Shown: piece after piece, positions 59,466 to 64,000 of the stretch | Layout of the letters: each line of letters starts with the position of its first letter | How positions within the stretch are numbered: position 1 is the first letter of the stretch | NCBI GenBank assembly: GCA_030704615.1 | Contig: CM060731.1 | Coordinates: forward strand, 6,634,001 to 6,698,000 | DNA: 64,000 nt | Direction of reading: 5' to 3' | Origin: Takakia lepidozioides | Taxonomy: Eukaryota > Plantae > Bryophyta | Program-made: the position numbers and the translations under genes | The notes under the pieces: model-generated | Database searches by the model: none | What the model saw: only the letters and a program-made list of their open reading frames with translations | Told to the model about the DNA's origin: nothing

Positions 59466-62400
59466 TTTGGCGACCATACTGGGGATGGGTCATGAACAAC
59501 CAGATGTGACAGGCATCTGGTGGGATCATGGTGGATGGAGAATTAAAGAATTTGATGTGAATCAAATTCCTGTGAAACTGAGAAGGAAAGATTGTCCAAA
59601 CGATTCTTTCAGAGGTTTTGGAATTGCCAGACGGTTGTAAAGAAAACATTCTTAAGAGAGTGCATGATGCTGACCCAGAGTGGGGTCTGGAGAAAGGAGT
59701 GATAAAGATTTATCAGGTGGCCTGTAGAGGAAGAGCACGTTGGTTACCAACATTGGTTTATGTGATAGCATTGCTATCCATTAAGCGAGTAGAGTTTGAA
59801 GGCTGGGAGGAAAGAAAGGTGAATGTTTATACTCATATGCATGAAGAGCTTGTACTGGTAAAGAATTGGATTCCAAAGGATTTTGTGGATCAAACTCACA
59901 CCAACAAGAACAGCTTTTCAGACTTGTTTGCCATATGGTTATATGGTAACGGAGACTTCAAGTATAGCCAAGGGTGCATTGAAGCTTGAAAGAAACCCAG
60001 GCATATACGAGAGATATTACAGAAGAGAGTTTTGGTTATTGCCACATTAAAAGAAATGAAAGACATGGGACATGAGTGATGAAAGAGAAGCTAGACGCCA
60101 GAGATATTCAGCAAAAAGAGAAAGCTATCTGAAAGCTAATTATCCATATCTTTGGGAGAGAGGAATAGACATAGGGGAATTGGACCTCTCACACCATTAA
60201 GATCAAAGAGTACATCACCCATACCGGAAGAACTAGAGTTGGATGCCACTCCTTCTGTTTCTTTGCAAGAAGATTAAGGGAATTGGTACAGGAAGAAGAT
60301 CAATCACGAGGTGAAAGATCTGAGGTACATCCCTGGATAAAAGATTTGACAGAAATCTTTGATAAGAGTTGGCATGGAACACCAAAAGCAGGAACTCCAG
60401 TTTCTGAAGCGGAAGGTGAAGAAGGAGGAGAGGATGTGGCAGAGCCAACGGAGAGTTCAGACTCTCCAACACCATTACAGTTGAGTTACATGAGTGAAGA
60501 AGAAACCCAAGGGCAGAACTTGGAGGATGAAAACAGAGAGAAGAAATTGGAAGAGGAAGAATATGAAGAAGTAGACCCAACAGCTGAGGTTGAGACTACA
60601 ACCAGGACATCCCAACCCGTTGGACCTGGATCAAGTGGAGCACTTGGATCACAGGCCAACGAAGGTGTCGGCTCAGGGGGATCAGGCGGGCTGCCTGGAT
60701 CTGGCTCTGGGGGACAGGGAGTGTGGGAAGTAGTGCAACTGAAGCTGGGAATACTGTGAATATCGTGGGGCCAGAAGCAGGGAGTGCTCAAGGGCCACCA
60801 CTTGGTGGAAGATCCACCACAAAACAACAGGTCCAGAAGGACCAGCACCAGCAAGGGTGCCAGCACCTGTCAGTGGGCAGAAGGTAGGGCCACAGATGGC
60901 GTTACAACCAACACGGGCAAAACCACCTTTTCCAATATATTCAGGAAAAGGGGATCCCGATGTACACATTAGCCAATTTGAGCACATGTATAGTGAACAA
61001 TGAGAATGGCGATGATGCCAAGATGAGATTGTTTCCTTGTTCACTTACAAGAAAGCAAGTGAATGGTATGCAAGATTCCCTGATAATCATTTCCTAACCT
61101 GGAATGGCTTGAATACAGCATTCCGAAATAGGTTCAGGACAAGTAAAACTGAGGATGAAGTGTATGGAAGTTTACAACAGTTAAAGCAAAAGAAGCATGA
61201 AACTGTTGAGGAGTATATGGAAAAGATGGAATTGATGATGAAAAAGCTGGCTGCAGTACCAGCACCAGGGTTACAGAAGACTTGGTTTGTGAGTGGACTA
61301 AGACCAGAGTTGCAAAAGAAAGTGGATATGTTACCCCATAATACAGTGGAGGAGGCATTTGAAACTGCAAACAGAATTGAGCAATTGGGAATGCTCAGGA
61401 GAGAGAAAAGGGATGATGAGGACTCTGAGGATGAGTCAGATGAAGAAGAAGAGCAAGAACTAAAAAGAAAGAGTAAGAGAAAGGAGAAGTTGAAGAGGGA
61501 TAACTATGAGAAAAGATTGGAAGAAATCTTGAAGAAGTATGCCACAGAGGCTGCAACACATTGGAGGAAGGGTGTATGGTGTGCAAAGTGCCAGAATGAA
61601 GGCCATACCACCACAGAATGCCACATGAAGGAGAAACACTGTACTATCTGTAAAATGGATAACCATTCTACTGAGAATTGTTACTACAACAGAAGGACAG
61701 CTGCAAGAGAACCTAGGCAAGTAAGGGTGCATCAGGTGCAGCCCCAGCCAAGAAGAAACAATGATCAGGACCACTATGGTAGGTCTGGTGGTTATAACAA
61801 TGGCATGGAAGGGAGAGGTAATTCAAGAGGGAATTACCAAGGAAATTCCAGAGGCAACTATCAGGTAATCCAAGGGGGAATTACCAGCCCGGGAATCAGG
61901 ATTACAGAAATAATCCAAGAGCAGACCAAGGGCGAGGACCCAATGGTGAAGAACTATGTTACTATTGTAATCAGCCAGGACATCGCAAGGCAGCCTGTTC
62001 ATTCTGGATTAGACACCAGAATGAGATGAGAGCTCCTGTGAATGAGGGCCCAGTGGTGGCAGCTCACATGGTTAGGCCATGTGTTGTACCAGAAGTAAGT
62101 ACAATGATAGTAACAAGAAGTAAAGCCAAACTAATACCTCCAGTAGAGGAAGAGATGATAATGAAGGTGGCAGTGATATGCCTGAAGATGATGAGGCTTG
62201 GAGAGATGAGAAGGAACTGCACAAGGAAGTGGCAGATACCATAAGGGAAATGCAGAAGAGTACTGATATTCCTGTGGCAGATTCCTCTGATTCTGATGAA
62301 GAAGAAGAAGAAGTGAGGAGTGATGAAAGGAAGAAAGAAGATGCAGACATGCAAAGTAATGAAGAGACTTTGGCTGAAGTAATATGCCAGACCAAAGCAG

Positions 62401-64000
62401 AGATTACCATTGGACAGCTATTGGCTGTGGCACCTTATTGTAGGCACAGGCTGTATCAAGCAATCAATCGAATTGCCCAGGAGACAGGAAACACAGACCT
62501 GAACAGCAAGGTGACCAGTTATAATGTGAAGCCGGAAGGGCGAGAAACAGTCATGGACTTTGATGATTCTATGCCAGTAATCCAATTGAGAATTGGAAGC
62601 ACAGAACTAACTGATGTACTGATAGATGGAGGTTCTGGAGTAAATATCATGACAGACCAATTAAGGAAGAAGCTTGGTCTAAGTAACATGAAACCAGCCC
62701 CATTTACAGTAACAATGGCAGATCAAAGAAGTGTACAGCCATTGGGATTAATAAGAGGAGTTAAGATACAGATACAGAAGATGATCTTTATGATCACAGT
62801 AACTGTGTTGAAGATGGATGAAGTCATGGAGGCTTACTCCTTATTATTGGGACGTCCGTGGCTGAAACAGGCCAGGGTATTCCATGACTGGAATTCTCAG
62901 TTACTAACCGTGCATAATGGGATACACGAGATACAAATTACCACAAAGAAATCTAGTAGATTACCTGCTACGAGAAGACCTCGAGGAGTCAGAGAGTATG
63001 ACTGGAGAGGAGGACTGGATGAGGAGCAGGAAGCTACCCTGTTTGCTGCACACCCAGAGTGGGAGCAGGTTGCAGAGATGCGGCTGGAAGGCCTAAGTTG
63101 TTTAAGGGTATCTGCTGTGGTGTAGTGTCAGCAACACCAATTGAAGAGGAAACCAGCAGTTACCCATCACATTTCTATGAAGAAAAAGAAGGAGAAATGG
63201 AAATCCTAGAGGAACCAGCCACTGTGAGTTTACAGGATGAAGTGGTGACTGGTTGGACAATCACAGCTGATGAGCAAGTGAGGGAAGTGAATGTGGGAAC
63301 TAAAGAGGAACCGAGGATGGTGAAGGTAGGAGCTGATTTGGAGCCAGAATTCTTGAAGAAGCTAAGAGTTTGTTCATCAAATACAGAGATGTATTTGCTT
63401 GGAGCTATGAGGATCTAAAAGGGATACCACCTGAAATCTGTCAGCATAAGATTGAACTGGAACCAGGGTCAGTACCAATCAAGCAGGCAAGGTACAGAAT
63501 GAATCCCAACTACGCACAGAAGGTTGGAGAAGAGATCAAGAAGTTGGCTGAGGCTAAGTTTATATACCCAATAGAGTATACAACTTGGTTGTCACCCATT
63601 GTGATAGTTCCCAAGAAGAATGGTAAACTAAGAGTTTGTGTGAACTACAAGAAGCTGAATGCTTGTACAAAAGATCCTTTCCCTTTGCCATTCACAGAAG
63701 CAGTATTAGACACTGTGGCAGGCCATGAGATGTACTCATTCATGGATGGCTTCAGTGGTTATAATCAAGTGCAAGTGGCAGAAGAAGACCAAGGAAAAAC
63801 AGCTTTCATCACAGACTGGGGTGCTTATGCATACAAAGTCATGCCCTTTGGACTTTGTAATGCACCAGCAACCTTTCAGAGAGTGATAAGTGAATCTTTT
63901 CATGAGTATCTGGATGATTTCATGCAGGTGTTCTTGGATGATTTCAGTGTGTACAGCTCTAAGAATGAGCACTTGCATAAATTGGAGTTATGTTGGCCAG
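58519..64000 (+). mobile_element. Ty3/Gypsy retrotransposon (LTR, leader, gag ~60900-62030, protease ~62570-62900, RT from ~63400), running off the window end; frameshifted
   Basis: WCAKCQNEGHTTTEC, CTICKMDNHSTENC, VLIDGGSGVN, MDGFSGYNQ, MPFGLCNAPATFQ, FLDDF. Confidence 0.92.

Overview
Eukaryotic DNA, most likely from a land plant (possibly a non-seed plant; that is inference). The first ~11 kb holds two intron-containing host genes on the minus strand: a plastid-type cyclophilin and a SET-domain/Rubisco-LSMT-family gene resembling Arabidopsis SAFE1. Small TIR elements with target-site duplications (TSDs) lie around them. From ~13 kb onward the window is a nest of transposons. A hAT element is interrupted by a Ty3/Gypsy retrotransposon that encodes a C5 cytosine methyltransferase between protease and RT, and a PHD finger after integrase. 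That Gypsy is interrupted by a ~29 kb CACTA element (3-bp TSD) carrying an FCP1-like phosphatase domain. The CACTA contains an RTEX-like LINE fragment and a complete 14.2 kb Mutator-like element (23696-37875, 9-bp TSD ATTCAATTG). A 3.4 kb inversion (~45282-48677) split both the CACTA transposase and the Gypsy DNMT, and both frames can be rejoined. The best candidate for an undescribed system is the Mutator-like element. Divergent from its transposase it encodes an apparently intact 10-exon, ~1460 aa protein with a ParB/Srx-like domain and a bacterial-type beta-class (N6-adenine/N4-cytosine) DNA methyltransferase fold. Its non-coding regions hold roughly 45-50 copies of the palindrome AATTCGGCGCCGAATT, organised around a central hairpin. 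The right end of the window has a second hAT fragment between two oppositely oriented copies of another Gypsy family. All coordinates and counts were read by eye, and domain calls come from motif recognition, not database searches.
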